This document shows positions 24,191 to 35,300 of a stretch of DNA of 64,000 nt, one piece after another. Position 1 is the stretch's first letter. Every line of letters starts with the position of its first letter. The notes beneath the pieces are model-generated. The model did no database searches and was not told where the DNA came from. It saw only the letters and a program-made list of their open reading frames with translations. A program made the translations under genes and the position numbers. Source of the stretch: Methanobacteriota archaeon (GTDB taxonomy: Archaea > Methanobacteriota > Methanobacteria > Methanobacteriales > Methanobacteriaceae); the NCBI GenBank assembly GCA_963787255.1, contig CAWBCJ010000026.1, positions 68,514-132,513 of the forward strand, in the 5' to 3' direction.

Positions 24191-24490
24191 ATGACATTAG
24201 AACTATTTGGATATAATGGAATTAAAGATGCAGCTGTTATTATAGAATTTGCAAATATTGGACTATTAACTGGGATACTTTATCTTTATACTAAAAGTTA
24301 CAGACAGATAAAAATTGGGTTTACAGTAGGATTAATTTTATTTGCTCTAATGCTTTTAATCAAAAGTATCTCCACCATTGCTTTTCTATTAGCGGACAGT
24401 GATTTATTAATAGGAAGATCAATCTACATTGGCGGAATTATCGAATTTATAGCGCTTGCTATACTCCTAAAAATAACATGGGATTATTAA
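24191..24490 (+). CDS. small 3-TM hypothetical membrane protein
   Basis: Hydrophobic ORF downstream of ABC operon. Confidence 0.7.
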   Translation: MTLELFGYNGIKDAAVIIEFANIGLLTGILYLYTKSYRQIKIGFTVGLILFALMLLIKSISTIAFLLADSDLLIGRSIYIGGIIEFIALAILLKITWDY

Positions 24491-24764
24491 TTCATTTTTA
24501 CAGTTCATACATATTTTTAATATAGTCTTTATAGCTTAAAATAGTCCATTATAACGAAATAAAATAAGCTTAAATCTTGTTTAAGTAATTAATATATATT
24601 AAAAATTAGTTTTAATTCATTTAAGAACTTATTTTTGCCCAATAATAATGCTTTGGGCGTGATTATTTATAATTATAGTTACAAAAATGATACTAATTAT
24701 ACTTTTTTTAAAATTTAAAAAACAAAATAAAAGAAATTAATTGATTCAAGGTTAAATACTAGGA

Positions 24765-24924
24765 TTATCCTCCGGATAATAGGGATACAATTCCGCCAAT
24801 GATTAGGAATATTGCTGCTAACCATGCATATATGTAGATGAACGCTGGAAGTAACAAGATAACGATTGCGATTATAATACCAAGTACTAGCATCGCGCCA
24901 CCACTAAGTTGTGCATTTTGCCAT
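24765..24924 (-). CDS. small 2-TM membrane protein, ~52 aa (frameshift near start)
   Basis: GGAGGTGA RBS, ATG at 24924, ..AQLSGGAMLVLGIIIAIVILLLPAFIYIYAWLAAIFLIIGGIVSLLSGG*; absent from ORF track. Confidence 0.6.
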
Positions 24925-24930
24925 TTATTT

Positions 24931-26457
24931 TCACCTCCTTTTGGGTATAAAAATACTTGTAATAAATCCTAAAAGCAGGATTAATGTCAAAGCGATAAAT
25001 GTTTGGTTCATTGCAGAACTAATTGCAGAATCAACAATCTCTGTAGCTTGAGGCACCAATTCTGAGGGTATTTGTGGAGGTACTGTCTGCATTTTTTCCA
25101 CATAATCAACGAGACTGCTCTGTATTTGTTCTGTGGTCGCATTTCCAGCTAAGCCTGATGAATCTATTGCGGTTGTAAGGCCACCGAATATTCCAAGTAA
25201 AAGTAAAACACCGATTAAAGCTGTTCCCATGGAATAACCTAAATTTTTAAATGCATTCAAAAGACCAGAAGCATCAGTTTCTTGATCAGCTCTTGCAGCA
25301 GACATGGTAAGATTAGTTAACTGTGAAAGTAAAAGACCTATTCCAATACCAAATACAACACTTCCAGGTATAATATCCGTTATTTGAGTGTTTAAGTTAA
25401 ATACTCCGCCTAATATGAAGGTACCTGCTGCTGAGATAAGAAAACCGATCATCAGTAAATATTTGGGATTTATTCTTGATGATAACCTTGCACCAATTAA
25501 TGAAAACAGAAGAATGGCAATGGATGCTGGTAAAAGAGCAAGACCAGTCGTAAACGCGTCCGCTTTGGTGACTTGTTGTAAAAATACAGGAATTATGAAG
25601 AGAAATCCTGCAAGAGGAATTTGTTGTATAATAGAGTTTAAATTACCTAAACCAAATAAACGATTTTTAAGAAGGGATATATCTGTTAGAGGTTGTAAAT
25701 CTTTATTCATTCTTCTCCTCTGCCATAATAAAAAGATTATAAACAGAACAGAACCCGAAACTACTAATACTGCTACATAACTCCAGTATTGTGGACTTGA
25801 TAATAATAAAATTCCAAGTACAATCAAAATTAAGGATACTATTGAAAGTAATGCTCCAACGATATCTAAATCTTTCCATTTCAAGGTTGGTATGGATTCA
25901 GTGAAATAGTGCCTGAAAAGGAATATTACCACAACAATAAGGAGTTCTGACCCAAATACAAGTCTCCATGTGAGATATGTGGTGAAAATTCCACCTATTA
26001 TGGGGCCTATTGCAGCACCCATTGCTGCTATTCCTCCCCAAATTCCAAAGGCAGTTATTTTATCTTTACCTTCATAACTAGCGCCAACTATTGTTGTAGT
26101 AGCAGGTAAAATCAATGCTGCACCAATTCCTTCTAAAACAGCCCATCCAATAAGCAGCATTCCTGCATTAAGGCTCAAAGTTGCTATAAATGTTCCACAA
26201 GCATAAATAAACAATCCTATAAGGAAAGTCTTTTTCCTTCCAAGAATGTCTTGAAGTTTACTCCCCAATAACATGAATGAAGCAATAATCAAGGCATATA
26301 AAGCTATGATAGCCTGAATAGTTGATAAAGTTGTATTTAATTCAACGACTAATGTTGTTATAGCTACATTCATAGCTGATGTATCTAAAACAATAATAAA
26401 AATTGCCAAACAGGCAACTATCACTACACCCCATTTATTCTGATTTGCAGAAGCCAT
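24931..26457 (-). CDS. MFS transporter, DHA2-like
   Basis: LDTSAMNVA, GSKLQDILGRKK, GPIIGG. Confidence 0.9.
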   Translation of the reverse strand: MASANQNKWGVVIVACLAIFIIVLDTSAMNVAITTLVVELNTTLSTIQAIIALYALIIASFMLLGSKLQDILGRKKTFLIGLFIYACGTFIATLSLNAGMLLIGWAVLEGIGAALILPATTTIVGASYEGKDKITAFGIWGGIAAMGAAIGPIIGGIFTTYLTWRLVFGSELLIVVVIFLFRHYFTESIPTLKWKDLDIVGALLSIVSLILIVLGILLLSSPQYWSYVAVLVVSGSVLFIIFLLWQRRRMNKDLQPLTDISLLKNRLFGLGNLNSIIQQIPLAGFLFIIPVFLQQVTKADAFTTGLALLPASIAILLFSLIGARLSSRINPKYLLMIGFLISAAGTFILGGVFNLNTQITDIIPGSVVFGIGIGLLLSQLTNLTMSAARADQETDASGLLNAFKNLGYSMGTALIGVLLLLGIFGGLTTAIDSSGLAGNATTEQIQSSLVDYVEKMQTVPPQIPSELVPQATEIVDSAISSAMNQTFIALTLILLLGFITSIFIPKRR

Positions 26458-26606
26458 ATCATATCACTTTTAATTTAAAATCTAAATTTTTAACAGATAT
26501 AGTAATATTTAATATAGAATTAGTAATACATTTGTTGTTTAAACTTAATAATAATTTGCTTTAAATGAGCAATAAAAACTAAAATAAGATATTTTTAGAA
26601 AAATAA

Positions 26607-26643
26607 TATGTAATATTGACAAAAATAATTAGGCTTATACTAT
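26607..26643 (+). repeat. ~37-bp direct repeat, left copy (partner 27676-27712)
   Basis: TATGTAATATTGACAAAAATAATTAGGCTTATACTAT. Confidence 0.8.
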
Positions 26644-26854
26644 TATGATTCTATGATAATTTTTTTTATAAAAAATTGTATTTCAAAATAATAATTTTGC
26701 TCTTATTATAGCCTTCAAAATTAATAAAAACATTTCAATGTTATAGCCCGAAAAATTATATTAGGTTTTCAAAAAAAAAACAAATGCAATTTTAAAATAA
26801 AATACCATGCTATTAAAGAACATAATATTAATTTTATTTCATTGAATTTTATAT

Positions 26855-27471
26855 TCAGTTTCCAGGCAACACTTTGAAACTATTTATTACTGTAATAAAA
26901 GCCCTGTCATCGTAATTTTGCTTTCCTTTTCCTTGAAAGTCAATCCTATATCGTATTCCGTTTATATCAAAAATCATAATTTCTCCATTAACTGAATCTG
27001 CTCCTGAACGAAGCTTTTCATTATAATTAATAATATATGTTCGTACCTCTTCACTTGTGTTATCTACTGACCTAGTTGTATTATCTGCATCTATATACCA
27101 ACCACGTGATTTTAAATCATTTGTTACTGAATTAAAATATTCATCAAGGCTCATTCCGTGATATACAGTTCCATTTACAGGTGATTTAGATACTTGGAAT
27201 GTTAGATTTGGATTCTTTGTGTTTTTGGCGATTAAAAAGGCCGGCGGAATTTCCAATTTTGTGGCGTTGAAATTTGAAAAATTTTCAACAGTGGAATTAC
27301 TCTTACCTCAGTAATGTTATAATCAGCAGGATACTCAAATGAAACTCCATTTCCAGTATAATTATTAAGTTTTGTTGTGTGTTGGTAAAATTCGAAGGAG
27401 CCTATATCTCCAATTACAAGTCCCACTATTAAAACTCCAACTATAACTAAAATAAGCGGTAATTTATTCAT
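26855..27471 (-). CDS. membrane-anchored PsbP-like hypothetical protein (frameshift)
   Basis: N-terminal TM, GNGVSFEYPADY, C-terminal FITVINSFKV. Confidence 0.55.
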
Positions 27472-27675
27472 TTTTTTGCTCCTAATTATGCATGATAATT
27501 TAGTAACCGTATATAAAAAGGTTTATGATTTTAATGTATAATACTATATTCTTTGAATATATTGACTTTCTCATAAGCTTTTATTCATTCCAAAGTTGCA
27601 TAATATTATACAGAGCAATACAATTTCATTAAGAAGCACAGTAATAACTGTTTTTAGAAAAAGACATCAAAATAG

Positions 27676-27712
27676 TATGTAATATTTGACAAAATAATTA
27701 GGCTTATACTAT
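27676..27712 (+). repeat. ~37-bp direct repeat, right copy
   Basis: TATGTAATATTTGACAAAATAATTAGGCTTATACTAT. Confidence 0.8.
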
Positions 27713-27740
27713 ACGATAGTGGTTCTTTAAGTTAATTGGG

Positions 27741-28061
27741 GAAATCATCTGAAGTAATGTAATTTAAGAATTATTAATTTCATTTTATTTTTTAACTAAT
27801 ACAAAACTTTTTTTAAATTACTGATGGATTAATTTAAGGTATTAATTACTCTTAATTTATGCTTATCCAATCCCTTTTTAGTTAATTATTAATATTAGTT
27901 AGAACCAACTCATTTTTTGTAGAATATATTAAATATAATCACAGATTATCTAAAGTCAATGGACTTTTTCACCTCAATTGCATTTTTTGATGTGCACCAT
28001 TAAATAGAATTCGATTCATGTTTTATTTATTCTTAATTGGGCATAAAGGAGGTGAAAAAAA
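27741..28061 (+). promoter_or_regulatory. duplicated adhesin promoter/leader with anti-SD, copy 1
   Basis: Highly similar to 32020-32348; TTTTTCACCTC (27965-27975) complements GAGGTGAAAAA (28049-28059). Confidence 0.75.
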
Positions 28062-31000
28062 GTGCAAAAAATACAAAAATTACTGATAATTACATCAACT
28101 ATCTTATTCACATTTATTTTTATTGGAAGTGCATATGCAGCCACTCCTGTAGCCGTACAGGATTATGAAATGGCTTATGATAATGTCTCCGAGAATATCG
28201 ATGTCTTATCTAATGACTTTGATGCAGATGGAGATAAATTAACTTTAATCGCAGCTACAGCGCCAACAAATGGTTCTTTGACACTTAATCCGGATCAAAC
28301 TTTAAGGTACACATCAAATCCTGGTTTTGTAGGAAATGACGGTTTTGGCTACAGCATAAGCGATGGTAAAGGAGGTATAGCATATGGTGGAGTGACTGTT
28401 TATGTTCTAAATGCCCCGCCTATAGCCAAAGATGATTATATCACTATTAATGAAGATGATTATGTCCAGGTATATGTTACGGCAAATGATAGTGATGTTG
28501 AAGGGGATCCATTTCGACTATCAGGCATTGAAGGACCCAGTCATGGTTATAGAAATTTAAATTTTGAAGAAGGGTGGATCAGTTACTTGCCAGAAGAAAA
28601 CTATAATGGTCCCGATAGTATCAAATATTGGATACGTGAGATAGGCGACCAAAAATATGGTATGTCAACAGCTACCTTACATATTACTGTTAATCCAGTA
28701 AATGACGCGCCTAATGTCCTTGACTACAATAAAACTATCGCTGAAGATACTACTCTAAACGATGCCGTAGTTGGTACAGATATAGACAGCACAACACTAA
28801 GCTACAGTCTGAGAAATCCAGCATCTTATGGTCCATTTCATGGTCTGGTAGTTGTTAATTCTGACGGAACATATACTTACACTCCAAATGCTAATTTTAT
28901 TGGTTATGACTTTTTTTATGTAATTGTAAGTGATGGATTCCTTCAAGATATAAGCAGAATACTTATTAATGTTACTCCAGTAAACGATGCTCCTGTAACT
29001 ACCGATGACTCTAAAACTACCGACGAAGATACACCAGTAAGCGGTACAGTAACTGCTAATGATGTCGATAATGATGCATTAAACTATTCTAAAGGTTTAG
29101 ACCCTGCAAAAGGTACAGTGACAGTTAATGCTGACGGATCATATATTTATACACCAAAAGCTAACTTGTACGGTACAGATTCATTTACTGTAATTGTTAG
29201 CGACGGTAATGGAGGAACAGCCACATCTACAATAACTGTAAACATAATTCCAGTTAACGACGCTCCAGTAGCAAATGATGATTCTAAAACTACTGATGAA
29301 GATACTCCTATTAGTGGTTTGGCGGGTACAGATATTGACGGTGATTCATTAACCTTCGTTCTGGGAACAGGACCATATCATGGTACCGTAACTATCAAAG
29401 CAGATGGAACGTATACCTACACACCAGAAGATAACTACTATGGTTCTGATAGTTTCACATTCACTGTAAATGATGGTAATGGCGAAACAGATGAAGCTAC
29501 AGTAACTTTAACCGTTAATTCAGTAAATGATGCTCCTACAGTCCCTGACTACAATAAAACTATCGCTGAAGATACTACTCTAAACGATGCTGTAATTGGT
29601 TCAGATGTTGATGGCAACCCATTAACATATGCTCTGGGAACAGGACCTAAAAATGGTTCTGTAACTGTAAATGCTGATGGAACATACACCTACACACCAA
29701 ACAGTAACTTTAATGGTTCAGACAGTTTCACTGTGATTGTTAGCGATGGTAAAGGAGGAACAGACGAAGCTACAGTAAACATTACTGTAACTCCAGTTAA
29801 CGATGCTCCTGTAGCCCAGGACGACTCTGTAACCACTGATGAAGACACTTCAACAGTCGTAACTGTCCTTCCTAACGACTCAGACGTTGATGCTGGAGAC
29901 ATACTAATAGTTACCGATGTCACTCAACCTGCAAATGGTTTAGTAACCCTTGTTAGCGGAATTATAACCTATAAACCGGCTGATGATTGGTTGGGAAGTG
30001 AAACATTCACTTACACCATAAGTGATGGTAAAGAAGGAACAGCAACCGCAACAGTAACTATAAATGTAAACTCAGTTAACGACGCTCCTGTAACTACCGA
30101 TGACTCCAAAACTACCGATGAAGATACACCAGTAAGCGGTACAGTAACTGCTACCGATGTAGATGTTGACTCATTAACCTTCACTAAAGGAACTGGACCA
30201 TCCAATGGTAACGTGGTAATTAATACAGATGGAACATACACCTACACGCCAGATACTAACTTTAATGGTAATGACAGTTTCACCGTGATTGTTAGCGATG
30301 GTAAAGGAGGAACAGACGAAGCTACAGTAAACATTACTGTAAATGCTGTAAATGATGCTCCCGTAGCTAATCCTGACACTGCAACTACTGATGAAGATAC
30401 TCCTGTTAGCGGTAGCGTGACTGGAACAGATGTTGATGGCAACCCATTAACATATGCTCTAGGAACGGGACCATCTAATGGAAATGTAGTAGTTAATACT
30501 GATGGATCATACACCTACACACCAGAGGATAACTACCATGGTTTTGATAGTTTCACATTCACTGTAAATGATGGTAATGGCGAAACAGATGATGGCACAG
30601 TAAGTATAACTGTAAATGCAGTAAATGACACACCAGTAGCAATTGATGATACCGCAACAACTAAAGAAGAAACTCCAGTCATTATAGATGTTCTGGAAAA
30701 CGATTCTGATGTTGATGAAGATACTTTAAGCGTTACAGGTGTCAGTGACCCTGCAAATGGAACTGCAACCATTAATGCTGATGGAACTGTGACTTACACT
30801 CCAAAAAGCAACTGGAATGGTTTAGATACATTCACAGTGATTGCTAATGACGGTAATGGTGGAACAGACGAAGCTACAGTAACTATCACTGTTACTCCAG
30901 TAAATGATGCTCCAGTAGCTACTGGTGATTCTAAAACTACCAATGAAGATACATCTGTAAGTGGCAGTGTAACAGGTAGCGATGTTGATGGTGATTCATT

Positions 31001-31946
31001 AACCTACACTCCTGGAACTGGACCTACTAATGGTGATGTAACAGTTAATGCTGATGGAACATACACTTACACTCCAAACGCTAACTACCATGGCACTGAC
31101 AGTTTCAATGTGATTGCTAATGACGATAACGGGGGAACAGACGCTGCTACAGTAAGTATTACTGTTAATTCAGTTAATGACGCTCCTGTAACATCTAACG
31201 ACTCTGCAACCACTAAAGAGGATAAATCAGCCAACATTGATGTCATAGCTAATGATTCAGACGTAGACGGTGATCCATTAACCGTTAATGATGTTAGTGA
31301 CCCGGCTCATGGAACAACAAGTATTAACGCTAATGGAACTGTGAATTACACTCCAGATGCGGATTACTATGGTGATGACAGTTTCACTTACACCATAATT
31401 GATGGTAATGGTGGTGAAACAACAGGAACAGTAAACATTACTGTTAACAGGATAGTTGCAAGTATTTATGTTCTTACCACATTCAGTAAAAACAACCCTA
31501 CTGTTGGCGAGACCATAACTCTAACTTTCAAGTTAGGTAACAATGGCCCTGATGCAGCAGACGATGTGGTGTTTACTTATGTTATACCGGAGGGCATGGA
31601 ATTTGTAAGCTTAGAAACCGAACCAGGGTATCCCGCAGCAGTATATGATCCTGCAACCAGGACCATAACATGGAAACTAGGAACAGTGCCAATATTAGAT
31701 CCTTGGCTTAACGTCAACGTGAAAGTTCTAAAAGCAGGCATATTCAACATCAATCCTACAGTAACCACTTCAACCTACGATCCAACTATATCAAGCAGCG
31801 TGCAGTTAGCTACTGTAAATGCAGTTCAAGCTGCCAGTGCAGCAAGTAATACCGTACCAATGCAAAACACAGGAATACCATTAGTGGCTTTAATATTAGG
31901 TTTAATGGCAGTATTTGCCGGATTATTAACATTTAAACAAAAATAA
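28062..31946 (+). CDS. adhesin-like surface protein: ~12 tandem-95/cadherin-like Ig repeats, DUF11, MQNTG-TM tail
   Basis: Signal peptide; repeated VNDAP..EDT..DVD..YTYTP..GxDSFT; KLGNNGPD; VPMQNTG, TM, KQK. Confidence 0.92.
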   Translation: MQKIQKLLIITSTILFTFIFIGSAYAATPVAVQDYEMAYDNVSENIDVLSNDFDADGDKLTLIAATAPTNGSLTLNPDQTLRYTSNPGFVGNDGFGYSISDGKGGIAYGGVTVYVLNAPPIAKDDYITINEDDYVQVYVTANDSDVEGDPFRLSGIEGPSHGYRNLNFEEGWISYLPEENYNGPDSIKYWIREIGDQKYGMSTATLHITVNPVNDAPNVLDYNKTIAEDTTLNDAVVGTDIDSTTLSYSLRNPASYGPFHGLVVVNSDGTYTYTPNANFIGYDFFYVIVSDGFLQDISRILINVTPVNDAPVTTDDSKTTDEDTPVSGTVTANDVDNDALNYSKGLDPAKGTVTVNADGSYIYTPKANLYGTDSFTVIVSDGNGGTATSTITVNIIPVNDAPVANDDSKTTDEDTPISGLAGTDIDGDSLTFVLGTGPYHGTVTIKADGTYTYTPEDNYYGSDSFTFTVNDGNGETDEATVTLTVNSVNDAPTVPDYNKTIAEDTTLNDAVIGSDVDGNPLTYALGTGPKNGSVTVNADGTYTYTPNSNFNGSDSFTVIVSDGKGGTDEATVNITVTPVNDAPVAQDDSVTTDEDTSTVVTVLPNDSDVDAGDILIVTDVTQPANGLVTLVSGIITYKPADDWLGSETFTYTISDGKEGTATATVTINVNSVNDAPVTTDDSKTTDEDTPVSGTVTATDVDVDSLTFTKGTGPSNGNVVINTDGTYTYTPDTNFNGNDSFTVIVSDGKGGTDEATVNITVNAVNDAPVANPDTATTDEDTPVSGSVTGTDVDGNPLTYALGTGPSNGNVVVNTDGSYTYTPEDNYHGFDSFTFTVNDGNGETDDGTVSITVNAVNDTPVAIDDTATTKEETPVIIDVLENDSDVDEDTLSVTGVSDPANGTATINADGTVTYTPKSNWNGLDTFTVIANDGNGGTDEATVTITVTPVNDAPVATGDSKTTNEDTSVSGSVTGSDVDGDSLTYTPGTGPTNGDVTVNADGTYTYTPNANYHGTDSFNVIANDDNGGTDAATVSITVNSVNDAPVTSNDSATTKEDKSANIDVIANDSDVDGDPLTVNDVSDPAHGTTSINANGTVNYTPDADYYGDDSFTYTIIDGNGGETTGTVNITVNRIVASIYVLTTFSKNNPTVGETITLTFKLGNNGPDAADDVVFTYVIPEGMEFVSLETEPGYPAAVYDPATRTITWKLGTVPILDPWLNVNVKVLKAGIFNINPTVTTSTYDPTISSSVQLATVNAVQAASAASNTVPMQNTGIPLVALILGLMAVFAGLLTFKQK

Positions 31947-32019
31947 ACCTCTTATTTTTTTTCTTTTTTATTTTTAGGACAATAATTACAGTAATAAATG
32001 GTATATTTAAACTGAAGTA

Positions 32020-32348
32020 GAAATCATCTAAAAAGTGTTGTATAATTTAGGAATTAATTAATTTCATGTTTTTTCTTTTATTATTAGTACAAACGTTTTT
32101 TAAATTGATGATTACTTGATTTAGGGTATTAATTACTTCTAATTTATGCTTATCCAATCCCTTTTTAGTTAATTATTAATATTAGTTAAAACCAACTCTT
32201 TTTTTGTAGAATATATTAAATATAATCACAGATTATCCAAAGTCAATGGACTTTTTCACCTCAATTACCTTTTCTTGGAGTGCACCATTAAATAGAATTC
32301 GATTCACATTTTATTTATTCTTAATTGGGCATAAAGGAGGTGAAAAAG
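32020..32348 (+). promoter_or_regulatory. duplicated adhesin promoter/leader with anti-SD, copy 2
   Basis: CTTTTCACCTC-type anti-SD (32251-32262) is the exact 12-nt complement of GAGGTGAAAAAG (32337-32348). Confidence 0.75.
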
Positions 32349-35300
32349 ATCAAAAAAGACAAAAACACAATTAAAACTATAATCCCATTACTTCTAATAA
32401 GCTTTACTTTACTGTTTTGTGTAAGTACAGTTTCTGCAGCTAACGATACTATTTATGTAAACACTACTGGAAACGACACTAGCGGAAATGGTACTGCAGA
32501 AAATCCTTACCTTACAATTCAAAAAGGAATAGACACTGCCGTTGGATATGGAACAATAAAAATTGCAAACGGAACATATAAAGGGACAAATAACACTCAA
32601 ATTACAATTATCAAGAATATAAATATTGTTGGTGAAAGCCAAACAGAAACCATAATCAATGGAGAAAACACAAACTGGATATTCCAAATTTTTGGTGTAA
32701 ATGTAAACATCCAAAATTTAACTATAACCAATGCAACTGGTGATAGTGAGGGTAATGGTGCTATACGTAATTGGTATAGTACTTGTACTATTTCTAACTG
32801 TACTTTCACAAATAATACTGCAAACGGTTTTAGTTATGGTGGTGTTATCTCCAGTGTAGGTACTATGACTATAATCAACAGTACTTTCACACATAACACA
32901 GCATATTGTGGTGGAGCTATAGAAAATGATGGTACTTGTACTGTCACAGACTGTACTTTTACTGGTAACAATGCAGTACATAGTGGAGGTGCTATCTGCA
33001 ATACTGGTACTTTAACTATAATCAACAGTAATTTCACAGGTAACACTGCCAACGGTAATGGTGGTGCTATCTATCATGATCGAGGTAATCTCATCATTTT
33101 TGGCAGTATTTTCACTGGCAATACAGTCAACAATTTTGGTGGTGCTATCTGCAATTTTAACGGTGCTTTAACAGCTAATTTCAACAGATTCTATAACAAC
33201 GCCGCATTAAGTTATAGTGATATTTACTGTATTATGGGTTCACTAAATGCCACTAATAATTGGTGGGGATCTAACAATAATCCATTTACAACTGGAAAAA
33301 TAAATGTGAACAATGCTGATCCGTGGATTGTACTCACAATTAACGCTTCCCCAGATTTAATTGGAACTGGTGAAACTTCGACTGTAAGTGTCAATTTAAA
33401 ATATAATTCAAATGGTGAGGACACTTCCAGTTTAGGTGCTGTTCCTGATGTCAACGTAGTATTTAATGCTGGCAGTTTAGGAAGCTTTGATCCATTAACT
33501 GGAATTATTAGCAGTGGTTTAGATGCTGCAACACTCTTTACTGCAGGTTCAACTCCTTCTGTTGCAGCGGTGAACGCTACAGTTGATGGGCAAACATTAA
33601 CTGCTGTTAGAATAATGGATCGTGACGACATCTATATTGCCACTGCAACTGATGGAGGTAGTGATGCAACTGGAAATGGAAGTCCAGATCATCCATTCCT
33701 CACATTAAAAAAAGCAATCACTGAATTAAGAGCAGGCGGAAGAATTCACATTGCTAATGGAATCTACACAGGGACAGAAAACATACGGTTATCTATTGCT
33801 AAGAATATGACTATATTCCGCGATACATGGAAAGGAAGCGGCACAACAGTATTTGATGCAGAAAATAGGAGTAATATTTTCATTATAAGTAATGTAAATG
33901 TTACACTTCAAAATTTAACATTCTCTAACGGAAATACAACAAATAACGGCGGTGCAATATTCAGTTATGGTCATTTAACAGTAGAAAATTGTACATTCAC
34001 CGATAACAAAGCATCTATTGCCAGTTTTGGTGGAGCAATCCATAATAATTATGGTAATTTGACAATTACTGGCAGTACTTTCAATGGTAACACTGCAGCA
34101 GATAGTGGAGGTGCTATTTCTAATTTTGGAGGCAACTGTACAATTACTGGCAGTACTTTCAATGGTAACAATGCAGCAGATAGCGGGGGTGCCATCTTCA
34201 ATTGGGGTACTTGTACTGTAAATGACTGTAATTTCACAAGTAACAAAGCAACAGGAACTTACTCCTATGGTGGTGCCATCTACAATGAATATGGTACTTG
34301 TACTGTAAATAACTGTACTTTCACAAGTAACAATGCAGATTATGGTGGTGCAATCTACAATGAGAACACTTGTACTGTAAGTAACTGTACTTTCACAAGT
34401 AATACTGCACTTTTTGGTGGTGCTATCTACAATTTAGGTAATTGTATTATTACAAGCAGCAATTTCAACAGTAACACTGCAGATAGTGGTGGTGCTATCA
34501 ACAATCGTATTGGTACTTGTATTTTGAATTATTGTACCTTAAATGATAACACTGCATATGGTCATGGTGGTTCAATCTACAATATTGGTGGTATTTGTAA
34601 TTTGAGTAATTGTACTTTAAACAATAACACTGCAGGTTATTATGGTGGTGCAATCTACAATACGGGTACTTGTAATTTGAGTAATTGTACTTTAAATGAT
34701 AACACTGCACCTCATGGAGGTGGTGCTATCGTAAATAATGGTAATGGTGCTCTTATTGCGCATTTCAACCGTATTGTTGGAAACCTAGCATCAGTCGGAA
34801 ATGCTATTTTCAATTTATATGGTTCAATAGACTCTACATTTAACTGGTGGGGAACTAACAACCCAGATTGGAATAGCCTTATAAGAGGATTTACTAATCC
34901 CATAAATTGGGTTATTTTAACTGTAAATGCAACTCCAGATACTATTGACAACGGTGGAAACGCAACTGTAACAGCTGACTTTCAACCATTTAAATGATAG
35001 AACTGATTTAATTGGAGGGCACATTCCTGACGGACCAATAAAATTAGAAATTCCTTGGGGAAGTTTCACAAACCCGGGAATAACCCGTTCATTTACAGCT
35101 AATACTGTTAATGGTGTTATGACATGCCACATTCTATGCTATTGAAGGTGCTGTAAATCCTCTATTTAATCCAGTAATGGTTACTGCAACAGCTGATGGA
35201 TATACTACCAATGACACGGAATCTGCTTATATTACAATTAACCCTGCTGCAGATATTTCAGTAAATAAAACATTTGAAGATACCAATCACAACCACATAA

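Noticed and set aside
28700-34750. Repeats within the adhesins as a CRISPR array or DGR template/variable pair
   Set aside because: They are in-frame protein repeats; no reverse transcriptase, and I saw no adenine-specific mismatch pattern
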